Source: Pontiella sulfatireligans (GTDB lineage: Bacteria > Verrucomicrobiota > Kiritimatiellia > Kiritimatiellales > Pontiellaceae). Taken from it: a DNA stretch of 24,000 nt. Every line of letters starts with the position of its first letter. Positions within the stretch are counted from its first letter, which is position 1. The stretch is taken from positions 2,155,458 to 2,179,457 of the forward strand of contig NZ_CAAHFH010000002.1 in assembly GCF_900890705.1 (NCBI RefSeq). Reading direction: 5' to 3'. Of this stretch, positions 14,523 to 22,052 are shown piece after piece. The notes below the pieces were generated by a model that ran no database searches, was not told the origin of the DNA, and was given only the letters and a program-made list of their open reading frames with translations. The position numbers and the translations under genes were made by a program.

Positions 14523-14729
14523 TTAGGATTGCTTGCGCATCGCTTCGATTCCGAGCTTGTCCATGCGGTAGCGCAGGATGCGCCGGGTGGTGCCGAGCCG
14601 TTTCGCGGCGCGCGTTTGAATGCCTTCGCATTTTTCCAGCGCATGGACAATCAGCGTCCGCTCGAACTCGGCGACGGCATTTTCGAGGCAGTGCGGCGTT
14701 TCCGGCTCTATGACGATGAGCTGCCTCAT
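14523..14729 (-). CDS. Stand-alone Fis-type HTH (HTH_8) DNA-binding protein, 68 aa
   Basis: AVAEFERTLIVHALEKCEGIQTRAAKRLGTTRRILRYRMDKLGI aligns to the C-terminal DNA-binding domain of NtrC-type activators and of Fis. Its ATG makes an ATGA overlap with the stop of the upstream kinase gene (14726-14729). Confidence 0.7.
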   Translation of the reverse strand: MRQLIVIEPETPHCLENAVAEFERTLIVHALEKCEGIQTRAAKRLGTTRRILRYRMDKLGIEAMRKQS

Positions 14730-16720
14730 TCCGAGGCCTTCTTCAGCGCCGGAAGCGTCAGGGAAATACTAGTGCCGCCGTCACTGGTTTCGATCTCCAT
14801 TTTCCCGTTGTGGTCGATGACTGCACGCTTGGCGATGGGCAGGCCGAGGCCGAAACCGCGCGCCTTGGTGGTGATGAAGGGGGAGAACACCTTGTCGCGC
14901 ACCGAAGCATCGATGCCTCCGCCGTTGTCTGCCACGATGATGTAGAGGTTTGCGTTGCCGTTTTGCGGATCGCGGCTCTTGACGGTGACGTTGACGCGTG
15001 AGCCTGCCCGGTTGTTCAGGTTTTCAACCGAATTGCGGAGCAGGTGGTAGACGCATTCTTCGAGCGAAGCCGCATCGCCGTTGATTTGCAGTGCGGATTC
15101 ATCGGAGGAGAGATGGATCTTGAGGTTTTCGTGACCGAACGAGTCTTGGATCCGGGTGACGGCATGTTCGATGGGCTTGCGGATATCCAGGGGTTGGAAG
15201 ACAGGAGCCGGCGGGTTGGCGAACTCGTTGATCTTGTCGATGATGTGGTTGAGCTGATCGACCTCGGTGGTAACCTGCTCGCTGAATTCGGATCGGAAGT
15301 CGGGATCTTCGTAACGCGTGGGCAACAATTGGGAGAAGGTTTTGATGGCGACGAGCGGGTTTCGGATTTCGTGGCTCATGCTGGCGGCGAGTTCGTTCCA
15401 GAAGGCGGCGCGTTCGAGTTGCTCTTCTTTTTCCTGGAGCAGGGCCGCTCCAGTTACATCCCGAAGCATCATCATGGCACCAACGCATTCCCCGTCCGAC
15501 ATGAGGCAACGGGTTTCGGCCGAGAGGGTCAGCTTCGTGGCCGGGTCGGTCCATTCGCGGGTGTCGTAGCCTTCCTGTTTCCCGATGGCACGGCGGAGCA
15601 TGTCGGCAATGCGGCTTCCGAGCACTTCGATTTGACTGCCGATCACAGATTTTTCTTCGGTTTGGAGGGTCTCGCGGGCGGCGTTGTTGAACCAGCGTAC
15701 AATGGCGCTCTCATCGCAGGCAATGATGCCGAACGGGATGGAGTGGAGCAGGGTCTCCGCCAGCGCTTTCTGCAGGGCGGTTTTTTCGTATTGAAGTGCT
15801 TTTTCGAGGGTGGTGGAAATATGGTCGGCGAGTCCGGTGAGATCCTCAAGGTCGGCGATGTCGAAAGGAATTCCGGTGGAGCGCTGGCCGACAAAGATCC
15901 AGCCCTTAATGCGGCCGTTGGCATAGAGCGGAATAATGATTTCTGCGCCGAGCGAGTCGAGCATGTGTTTGAGCATGCCCCGCTCTTGGGGGTCGGATAC
16001 GTTTTCGAGTGTTTTTCTGGAAATCAAGTGGGTGTTCATTTCCACCCACCGGATAAATGGATCGCCGGAGCTGATGGAAAGCTTTTCGGTGGCTGCAAGG
16101 CAGCGGGTTCCTGCTTGGAAGAGGTATGCTTCCTCGGCGTCGGGCTTGATGAAAATGCCGGCGCGGGAAACTCGGGCAGTGGCGACGAGCCCCTCGACGA
16201 CGCTGTCGAAGAGTTTCTCGATGTTGTCGAAGTTGCGTTGGGCGCTTGAAAAGTTTTGCAGTGGGGCGGAGAACAAGGTTCGCGGGGCCGGGGCCGGGGC
16301 CGCCTTGCGGGCGTTCAGCGTGGCTAGCTCTTCTTCGAGCAGGCGGTTTTTCTGCCGCAGCTTCAGGCATTCCACGGCTTTTGAAAGCAGTGCTAGAAAT
16401 TCGCGCCGTTCTGGCTCGAAGTTGGTTGTGGCATATGGATCGAGCCATTCGGCGGTGAGCATGGGGTCGGACCGTTCGGCACCTATGGCAATGATGACGG
16501 TCATGGGCCGTTCGGTTCGGATGGAGGCTAGCAGCTCAAGACAGTTGGGGGCGCGGAGGTCGGCCAGCAAGACGGTATCGCCAAACTGGGAAATCCACTG
16601 TTCCAAGTCGGCCTGTTCGTCGATGGGCTGCAGGGCGGCCACGGAGGAGGAGATGCGGATGAGCCGCCCGATGAGCTCTTCGTCGCGACTGTAAAGAATG
16701 CAGGACGGCATGGTCTTCAT
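14726..16720 (-). CDS. Soluble sensor histidine kinase (receiver-like N-terminus, GAF, PAS, HisKA, HATPase_c)
   Basis: The 664-aa ORF has no TM segments. Its H-box is SMSHEIRNPLVAIKTFSQLL, its N-box is LLRNSVENL, and its G-boxes are DNGGGI and GFGLGLPIAK. The N-terminal ~120 aa resemble a receiver domain (TVLLADLRAP) but lack the acidic DD pair. It makes an ATGA overlap with the upstream gene (16717-16720). Confidence 0.85.
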   Translation of the reverse strand: MKTMPSCILYSRDEELIGRLIRISSSVAALQPIDEQADLEQWISQFGDTVLLADLRAPNCLELLASIRTERPMTVIIAIGAERSDPMLTAEWLDPYATTNFEPERREFLALLSKAVECLKLRQKNRLLEEELATLNARKAAPAPAPRTLFSAPLQNFSSAQRNFDNIEKLFDSVVEGLVATARVSRAGIFIKPDAEEAYLFQAGTRCLAATEKLSISSGDPFIRWVEMNTHLISRKTLENVSDPQERGMLKHMLDSLGAEIIIPLYANGRIKGWIFVGQRSTGIPFDIADLEDLTGLADHISTTLEKALQYEKTALQKALAETLLHSIPFGIIACDESAIVRWFNNAARETLQTEEKSVIGSQIEVLGSRIADMLRRAIGKQEGYDTREWTDPATKLTLSAETRCLMSDGECVGAMMMLRDVTGAALLQEKEEQLERAAFWNELAASMSHEIRNPLVAIKTFSQLLPTRYEDPDFRSEFSEQVTTEVDQLNHIIDKINEFANPPAPVFQPLDIRKPIEHAVTRIQDSFGHENLKIHLSSDESALQINGDAASLEECVYHLLRNSVENLNNRAGSRVNVTVKSRDPQNGNANLYIIVADNGGGIDASVRDKVFSPFITTKARGFGLGLPIAKRAVIDHNGKMEIETSDGGTSISLTLPALKKASE

Positions 16721-19257
16721 GCGATTGCTCCTCCTTCTTCAAGCAGGGGAATGTAGATGTAGAAAGTGGAGCCTTTTTCCGGCTCGCTCTCTACTTCGAT
16801 TACACCGTGGTGCTCCCGAATGATGCCATGGGAGACCGACAGCCCCATGCCGGTTCCGTCGCTCTTGCTGGTAAAGAAGGGATCGAATATTTTTTGCAGG
16901 CTTTCTTGCGCAATTCCTGCTCCGGTGTCGCTGACCTGCAGGCGGATGCAGTTTTTAGCGATGGGGTTCCCCGGTTTGGCCCCTGTGGCAAAAAGGTGCA
17001 TGCAGTTGATGCTTCCGACGGTGATGTGCCCGCCGTCATCGATGGCTTCAATGGCGTTCAGAACGAGGTTGACCAATGCCTGGGAGAGCAGTCTGGCATC
17101 GCCAAGAATGGCAGCCTTTCCGGCGCGGCAGGTGTTTTTTAGCGCAATGTTTTTTTGCGACAGCTGCTCGGACATCAACTTCAGTGTTTGTTCAACAGTT
17201 TCATGCAGATTCATGGGAATGAGGTGTGGCTTGGCCGGTTTTGAAAAGCTGAGCAGTTCGTTTACGATGCTGTCGATACGCTCAACCTCATGCGCGACCA
17301 ACGATGCAAAATCTTCCCTGAAGTCTTCGTCCGCATAGCGCTTGGGAAGCAGCTGGGTGAAGGTTTTAATCGTGACCAACGGGTTTTTTATTTCGTGCGC
17401 CATGCCGGCGGCCAAGGTGCCGACGCTCGAAAGCTGGTCGGAGCGGCGGACCTGCTCTTCCAGGCTCTTAAGCTCGGTCATGTCGGTGAACACCAGCAGG
17501 GCGCCCACCGGCTTGCTGTCATGTCCGAACAGGAACGCCGACCCCATCCGTATGCTGGCACTCTCCTCCTCGCTGTCCTGCGTAAATAAAGTGGCATCTA
17601 CATTGCGGACGCCGACCTGCTTTTCCAGCGTAGCGTCCAAGGCGTGGATGATCGGCCTCGGAAGAACGTCGATGCTCTCGCCGATGGCGCCATGTTCGTC
17701 GATGTCGGTGATGCGTTGCGCTTCGTGGTTGAACAAGGCGATTTTTCGCTCCGGACTTGCAACGATTACGCCGCTCACCAGCTGGTCGAGCATAATCTCG
17801 TTGCGGATCTTGCTGTCCTGCATTTCGGTGTAAAGACGCGCGTTTTCAAGCGCAACCGCAAGCTGGTTGCACAAAATCTGCAGGGCGTCCTGTTCGGTTT
17901 TATCGTAGATCCGACCGTCATTTTTTGCCCCCAAAAGCACTATGCCACTCAGATCGCCCTTGGAGAAAACACCTGTTGCAACGCTGATGTCATATTCTAG
18001 CATAATCTGAAGAGAGGCCACCGACTGTGGTGTTTCTCTGACCCGGATCAAACTATCGCGAGAAACGGGTTCTTTTGACGTTTTTATAAGTTTGATCAAG
18101 GGCGTTTCCTGCATCAATTCCATTGTTTCATAGTGTGATCCAAGCTCGTAAGAGAGACGGAAGTTTTTTCCCGTTGCGGATAGCATTCTTACATGCTCTG
18201 CCCCAAGTGCTTTGATTAGCAAGACAGAAAATTGGCTGCAAAGGGCGTCTAGAGTCGTCACGGACTGGAATATGTCGCCAGCCATTTTTATGGTTCCAGG
18301 AATATCTATTAGTTTGGAGGGTATAAGCTTGTCGGCAACTTTTTGCAACCGTCCGTGAACAGGAGCCATGGAAAATGCCACGACCAATGTGGCAACGACG
18401 TGGGCAGGGAGCAAAGATGAAATTGAAAGCCGTTCAGAAATGAAGAAAAGCGCAAACCACACGCATAAATATAAAACAACAAGATATAGGCAGAGTAGGG
18501 TGTAGGCAAAAATTCGCCTGATAATCGTGAGAATACCAAGTATCCGCTGTGTTGCTATGCCATAGCCGATCGTTGAAACCAGCGTGATTATGCTCAATGC
18601 GTTGGAGAATGGAACGAACTGTGACGTGCCGGCAATCAATGGGATGGACAGGCTGAGTGTAGTTCCAACCGAGAGGGCCACAGTTGCGCCAAGAACCACG
18701 AATGCCAATTCAGATTTTTGCGAACCTCGGAGCTGCTGGAGGTCTCGCTTAAACGCAACAATCAATCCTATGCCTGAGAAAAGAAAATAGATGGCATACA
18801 AGGCAAGGCCATTGCCATATTCAGGCTCCACATGTGCACCATTAAATGCAACATCGGCTACTTTCATTGTTGCTGATTTCAGGAAAAAACTTGTGAAACA
18901 GAAAATAGTCGTGATGAGGTTGATTAATAAAAAACCACTCCCCTTTTGCATTACGGCAAGGAAAGACATGTTTTGGTATTTAATGGATAATCTTAAAAGA
19001 TGACAAGATGTTGGTATAAGGGCGGCAAAGACGGATGCAAAACGAATTGCGGTTGCGGCATGTTCGGAGGAAGGGGCTTGCAAAGCATACCATCCTGAAA
19101 GCTGCCAAAGGGCAACCCCCGCAGTGAAGAGCAGGAACTGCTGGTTTACTACGCGTTTCCTATTTGTGAAATAGACAATGAGCCCGAGTATGCTATCGAC
19201 AAATAGTGTTCCAAGAATAGCTATTTCAGCAGCACCCATGTTAGCTGGCACTCCCAA
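16717..19257 (-). CDS. Membrane sensor histidine kinase (polytopic N-terminal domain, GAF, PAS, HisKA, HATPase_c)
   Basis: In the 846-aa ORF, the first ~300 aa are a run of about 8-9 hydrophobic helices. A GAF-like region follows (...IVLLGAKNDGRIYDKTEQDALQILCNQLAVALENARLY), then a PAS domain. The H-box is GMAHEIKNPLVTIKTFTQLL, the N-box is LVLNAIEAI, and the G-boxes are DTGAGI and GTGMGLSVS. The alternative start at 19239 would remove the 17-nt overlap with the ketosynthase gene. Confidence 0.85.
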   Translation of the reverse strand: MGVPANMGAAEIAILGTLFVDSILGLIVYFTNRKRVVNQQFLLFTAGVALWQLSGWYALQAPSSEHAATAIRFASVFAALIPTSCHLLRLSIKYQNMSFLAVMQKGSGFLLINLITTIFCFTSFFLKSATMKVADVAFNGAHVEPEYGNGLALYAIYFLFSGIGLIVAFKRDLQQLRGSQKSELAFVVLGATVALSVGTTLSLSIPLIAGTSQFVPFSNALSIITLVSTIGYGIATQRILGILTIIRRIFAYTLLCLYLVVLYLCVWFALFFISERLSISSLLPAHVVATLVVAFSMAPVHGRLQKVADKLIPSKLIDIPGTIKMAGDIFQSVTTLDALCSQFSVLLIKALGAEHVRMLSATGKNFRLSYELGSHYETMELMQETPLIKLIKTSKEPVSRDSLIRVRETPQSVASLQIMLEYDISVATGVFSKGDLSGIVLLGAKNDGRIYDKTEQDALQILCNQLAVALENARLYTEMQDSKIRNEIMLDQLVSGVIVASPERKIALFNHEAQRITDIDEHGAIGESIDVLPRPIIHALDATLEKQVGVRNVDATLFTQDSEEESASIRMGSAFLFGHDSKPVGALLVFTDMTELKSLEEQVRRSDQLSSVGTLAAGMAHEIKNPLVTIKTFTQLLPKRYADEDFREDFASLVAHEVERIDSIVNELLSFSKPAKPHLIPMNLHETVEQTLKLMSEQLSQKNIALKNTCRAGKAAILGDARLLSQALVNLVLNAIEAIDDGGHITVGSINCMHLFATGAKPGNPIAKNCIRLQVSDTGAGIAQESLQKIFDPFFTSKSDGTGMGLSVSHGIIREHHGVIEVESEPEKGSTFYIYIPLLEEGGAIA

Positions 19258-20479
19258 TTATCAAGGAGCTATTCATTGCTCCGCTGCCATGGGAGTTAAT
19301 CAGGACTTTGTCAACGCATAGGTGCCGAGGCGAGTCCGGTACATAGTCGAGCAAGCAGTCTGGATCTGGAAATTTATGGTTTGCAGTCGGGGGAATGCAA
19401 TTTGCTTTCATTGACAGGGAGCACGCAATTGTCTGGTGTGCCCCTCCGGCGGCCAACGGATTGCCCGTTACCCCTTTTATGGATGTGACCGGAATGCGAT
19501 AGGCATGATCGCCAAAACAATCCGTGATCAGAATAGATTCTGAGACGTCAAGTATCTGGTCGCTTGGCCCATGTGCAAAGATGGCATCAATCTCGCGGGG
19601 CATTAAGCTGGAGTTTGCCAGAGCTTTTCTCATGCTCATTTTTAAGCCGTTTCCAGAGATTCCCACGTTTAGATCGCGAGATGTCCCGTAGCCTAGCACT
19701 TCTGCATATGGGGCCTTGTTTCGACTCATTGCATGGTCTAATGATTCTAGCACAACAATGCCGCTTCCCTCTGCGAGCACTCCGCCGTCGCGACTAATAT
19801 CGAACGGTCTGCTGGCCAGTTTCGGGTTATCATTATTTGTGCTAACCATGCCAGCAGCACAAAATCCGGCCATGGCTGATGGAACAATAGGAGCTTCAGT
19901 GGCTCCGCAAATGCAGATGTCAGCTTTGCCCTCTCTAATTATTTGAGCGCCCCTAGCGATGGAATCCAGTCCTCCCACGCAACTGTTGGAAATAGTGCAA
20001 AGTTCTGTTTCTACATTTAAAATAGCTCCAATGAGGCTGGCTGCCGCTAAGTGAATGCAGCCTTCGACCGCATGAGGAACCAGCTTATTAGGGCCTAGTT
20101 TGGAAACGCGCAGGATTTGGTTTTCGATGTGATCAAAGCCACCCAAGCTTATTCCTATAATAATGGGAAGAGGTTCTGCGCGACGAAGATCTTCAGGATT
20201 CAGCCCCGAATCCTCTACTGCAAGGAGGGCCGCTTTGGCTCCAAGTTGTACGTTTCGGCTGAGCCGTCGCGCCTTAACGCGCCCATTCATAAAGTTCTCG
20301 GGCACAAAATTGGAAACTTCACCCGCTATCCGTGACTTAAAATCTGTTGTCTCGAACTGGGTGATCGGCCCGATGCCGGATTCGCCGGCGAGAAGGGTGC
20401 GCCAGAAGGCGTCTTTGCCGATGCCGTTTGCCGCCAGCACGCCCAGCCCTGTTATGACGACTCGATTTCTTCCGATCAC
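19241..20479 (-). CDS. FabF-like beta-ketoacyl-ACP synthase (KAS I/II fold) with an atypical Cys-His-Asn triad
   Basis: The 412-aa ORF starts at a GTG. It is collinear with E. coli FabF as recalled from memory: ISNSCVGG holds the active-site Cys167, NDNPKLASRPFDISRDGGVLAEGSG is conserved, FAHGPS holds His303, and SIKGVTGNPLAAGG has Asn340 where FabF has His340. Confidence 0.85.
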   Translation of the reverse strand: MIGRNRVVITGLGVLAANGIGKDAFWRTLLAGESGIGPITQFETTDFKSRIAGEVSNFVPENFMNGRVKARRLSRNVQLGAKAALLAVEDSGLNPEDLRRAEPLPIIIGISLGGFDHIENQILRVSKLGPNKLVPHAVEGCIHLAAASLIGAILNVETELCTISNSCVGGLDSIARGAQIIREGKADICICGATEAPIVPSAMAGFCAAGMVSTNNDNPKLASRPFDISRDGGVLAEGSGIVVLESLDHAMSRNKAPYAEVLGYGTSRDLNVGISGNGLKMSMRKALANSSLMPREIDAIFAHGPSDQILDVSESILITDCFGDHAYRIPVTSIKGVTGNPLAAGGAHQTIACSLSMKANCIPPTANHKFPDPDCLLDYVPDSPRHLCVDKVLINSHGSGAMNSSLIIGSAS

Positions 20480-20577
20480 TCTTTCTATTCCCCCGTACCG
20501 CAGGCTTGGGCATCGGCTTTAATCCCGGCCATCAAGGCCAAAACATTAAATGGTGATAAAGCGTCCCATGTATGCCT

Positions 20578-20591
20578 GTACAATTTTGTAC
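20578..20591. promoter_or_regulatory. Inverted repeat GTACAA-TT-TTGTAC: candidate enhancer (UAS) for the sigma54 promoter at 20676
   Basis: It has perfect 6-bp arms with a 2-bp spacer and is centred about 117 bp upstream of the predicted transcription start (~20702). It also reads TGT-N10-ACg, close to the NifA-type TGT-N10-ACA pattern. Confidence 0.3.
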
Positions 20592-20593
20592 GC

Positions 20594-20622
20594 ATTAAAT
20601 ATCAACATATTGTATATATCAA
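20594..20622 (-). promoter_or_regulatory. Sigma70-type promoter candidate for the ketosynthase/kinase operon
   Basis: The minus strand has TTGATA (20622-20617), a 17-nt spacer and TTTAAT (20599-20594), each one mismatch from consensus. The AT-rich context makes chance matches likely. Confidence 0.25.
20600..20612 (+). promoter_or_regulatory. IHF-consensus site between the palindrome and the -24/-12 promoter
   Basis: TATCAACATATTG matches WATCAANNNNTTR at every defined position. A second near-match, TATCAAGAATTAA, lies at 20617-20629. The surrounding DNA is AT-rich, so a chance match is possible. Confidence 0.35.
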
Positions 20623-20637
20623 GAATTAATACACAAC

Positions 20638-20673
20638 CTGTAGTGATAAACTGCAGTGATAAACCAAGTGACA
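20638..20673 (+). repeat. Tandem 13-bp direct repeats CTGYAGTGATAAAC (x2 plus a partial third) abutting the -24 element
   Basis: The two full copies are ctgtAGTGATAAAC (20638-20651) and ctgcAGTGATAAAC (20651-20664). A partial AGTGACA follows at 20667-20673. A related GGTGATAAAG lies at 20562-20571. Confidence 0.6.
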
Positions 20674-20675
20674 TT

Positions 20676-20691
20676 TGGCACGGATGGTGCT
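20676..20691 (+). promoter_or_regulatory. Sigma54 (-24/-12) promoter upstream of the FadL-family gene
   Basis: TGGCACG-GATG-GTGCT has exact GG-N10-GC spacing and differs from the TGGCACG-N4-TTGCW consensus at one position. The predicted transcription start is ~20702, giving a 33-nt leader that contains an AAGGGA RBS before the ATG at 20735. Confidence 0.65.
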
Positions 20692-20734
20692 AGTAGTAGG
20701 CAATTCGATTTTAATGCAGAAAGGGAATAATACT

Positions 20735-22036
20735 ATGAAGCATCTAGTTAAGCAGTTTGGAAGTGGGGTGGCGGTTTTTGCTATGCTGGGGATTTGGGCT
20801 GAGAGTGCGTATGCGGATGGATACCGCAATCCTCCGCCTACGGCCGAAGGGATTGGCCGGTCTGGTGCAAACATGATCTTTGTAGACGATGCATCGGCGG
20901 TTTTCTACAATCCGGCCAATCTGGCGATGCAGGAAGAATCCTCTATTGTGGTCGATGCCACGCTGGCCCGCGTCAAGAACAAGTTTAAGTCGGATTCTTC
21001 TGGAACCAAGACGGCGAAGTCGGATGCCGACTGGCAGCTGCTGCCGAACGTGTTCTTTTCCATGCCTGCCGGCGACACGGGCGTGGTTTTGGGGATGGGA
21101 ATTGGTACGCCGTACGGGCAAGGCATCGATTACAATAAGAAAGATTTAGTGAATATGCCGGCTTTTTCAGGAGCCTTTGGCGAGCCTGAACCCCCGGCCA
21201 TCTACAGCGCCGAAGTTGGCTTAATCAACTTTAACCCGACCATCGCCTTTAAGGTGCACGAACGCGTTGCCATCGGCGTGGGAGCGGACATTTACTACTC
21301 CAAGCTTGAATTTAAGCAGTACTATCCTTGGGGCGAGATTGCTCCGATTTTTGAAAGCGGCAACGTCAAGGCTGACGGTGACGGATTCGGATACGGCGGC
21401 AACGCCGCGGTTACGTGGAACATGACCGACCGCCAGCGTATGGCGTTTTCCTACCGCAGCGAGGTCAAGGTCAAGTATGAGGGCGATTTTAAGATCAACA
21501 CCGTCGGTCCCCCCAACCCCGCAACCGGGGAGCCCGCCTTTAGTTCGAAGCGTAGCGATTTCGACATGGACATCAAATATCCGACCACGCTCGGCCTCGG
21601 ATACGGCATTCAGGTGACCGACGCAATTAACGTTGAAGCCAACCTGGAATGGCTGGGCTGGTCGGTCAACAAAACGCTGGAAGCCGATCTCGGGTCGAAC
21701 GGGTCGATGAAGGTTCCCCAGAAGTGGGACGATACAATAACCTTTTCTATCGGAAGTGATTGGCAGTTTTCCGAGCACTTCACCTTCCGTACGGGCTATG
21801 CCTATATTGAAACGCCTATCCCGGAGAAAACCGTTGCTCCAAGCCTTCCGGATGCCGACCGCCACGTACTTAGCGTGGGACTGGGCTGGACTGCGGGCGG
21901 GCATACGCTCGATGTGGCTTATTCCTTCAGTTTCTACGACGATCTGAATGTTGACAACAATCAGGTCGATTCATTTAACGGTGATTATGACATTGATTCT
22001 AATCTGGTAGGTCTGACATATTCCTATACGTTTTAA
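20735..22036 (+). CDS. FadL/TodX-family outer-membrane transporter for long-chain fatty acids or hydrophobic compounds
   Basis: I trimmed the track ORF (TTG at 20675) to the ATG at 20735, which has an AAGGGA RBS and does not overlap the promoter. The signal peptide is MKHLVKQFGSGVAVFAMLGIWAESAYA. The mature N-terminus DGYRNPPPTAEGIGRSGA and the NPA motif (FYNPANLA) are typical of the family. The protein has beta-barrel character throughout and ends in a terminal Phe (YSYTF). Confidence 0.85.
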   Translation: MKHLVKQFGSGVAVFAMLGIWAESAYADGYRNPPPTAEGIGRSGANMIFVDDASAVFYNPANLAMQEESSIVVDATLARVKNKFKSDSSGTKTAKSDADWQLLPNVFFSMPAGDTGVVLGMGIGTPYGQGIDYNKKDLVNMPAFSGAFGEPEPPAIYSAEVGLINFNPTIAFKVHERVAIGVGADIYYSKLEFKQYYPWGEIAPIFESGNVKADGDGFGYGGNAAVTWNMTDRQRMAFSYRSEVKVKYEGDFKINTVGPPNPATGEPAFSSKRSDFDMDIKYPTTLGLGYGIQVTDAINVEANLEWLGWSVNKTLEADLGSNGSMKVPQKWDDTITFSIGSDWQFSEHFTFRTGYAYIETPIPEKTVAPSLPDADRHVLSVGLGWTAGGHTLDVAYSFSFYDDLNVDNNQVDSFNGDYDIDSNLVGLTYSYTF

Positions 22037-22052
22037 TTATTGGAGAAACAGA

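Noticed and set aside
20501-20560. A search for a divergent sigma54 promoter for the ketosynthase operon. The candidates were the TGGCC... motifs at about 20521-20545 on the minus strand.
   Set aside because: None of the candidates has correct GG-N10-GC spacing. Only a weak sigma70-like candidate could be proposed.
20675-20734. The TTG-initiated 20-aa extension of the FadL ORF (MARMVLVVGNSILMQKGNNT).
   Set aside because: It would start inside the -24 element of the sigma54 promoter, upstream of the predicted transcription start. The ATG at 20735 has an RBS and gives a canonical signal peptide.
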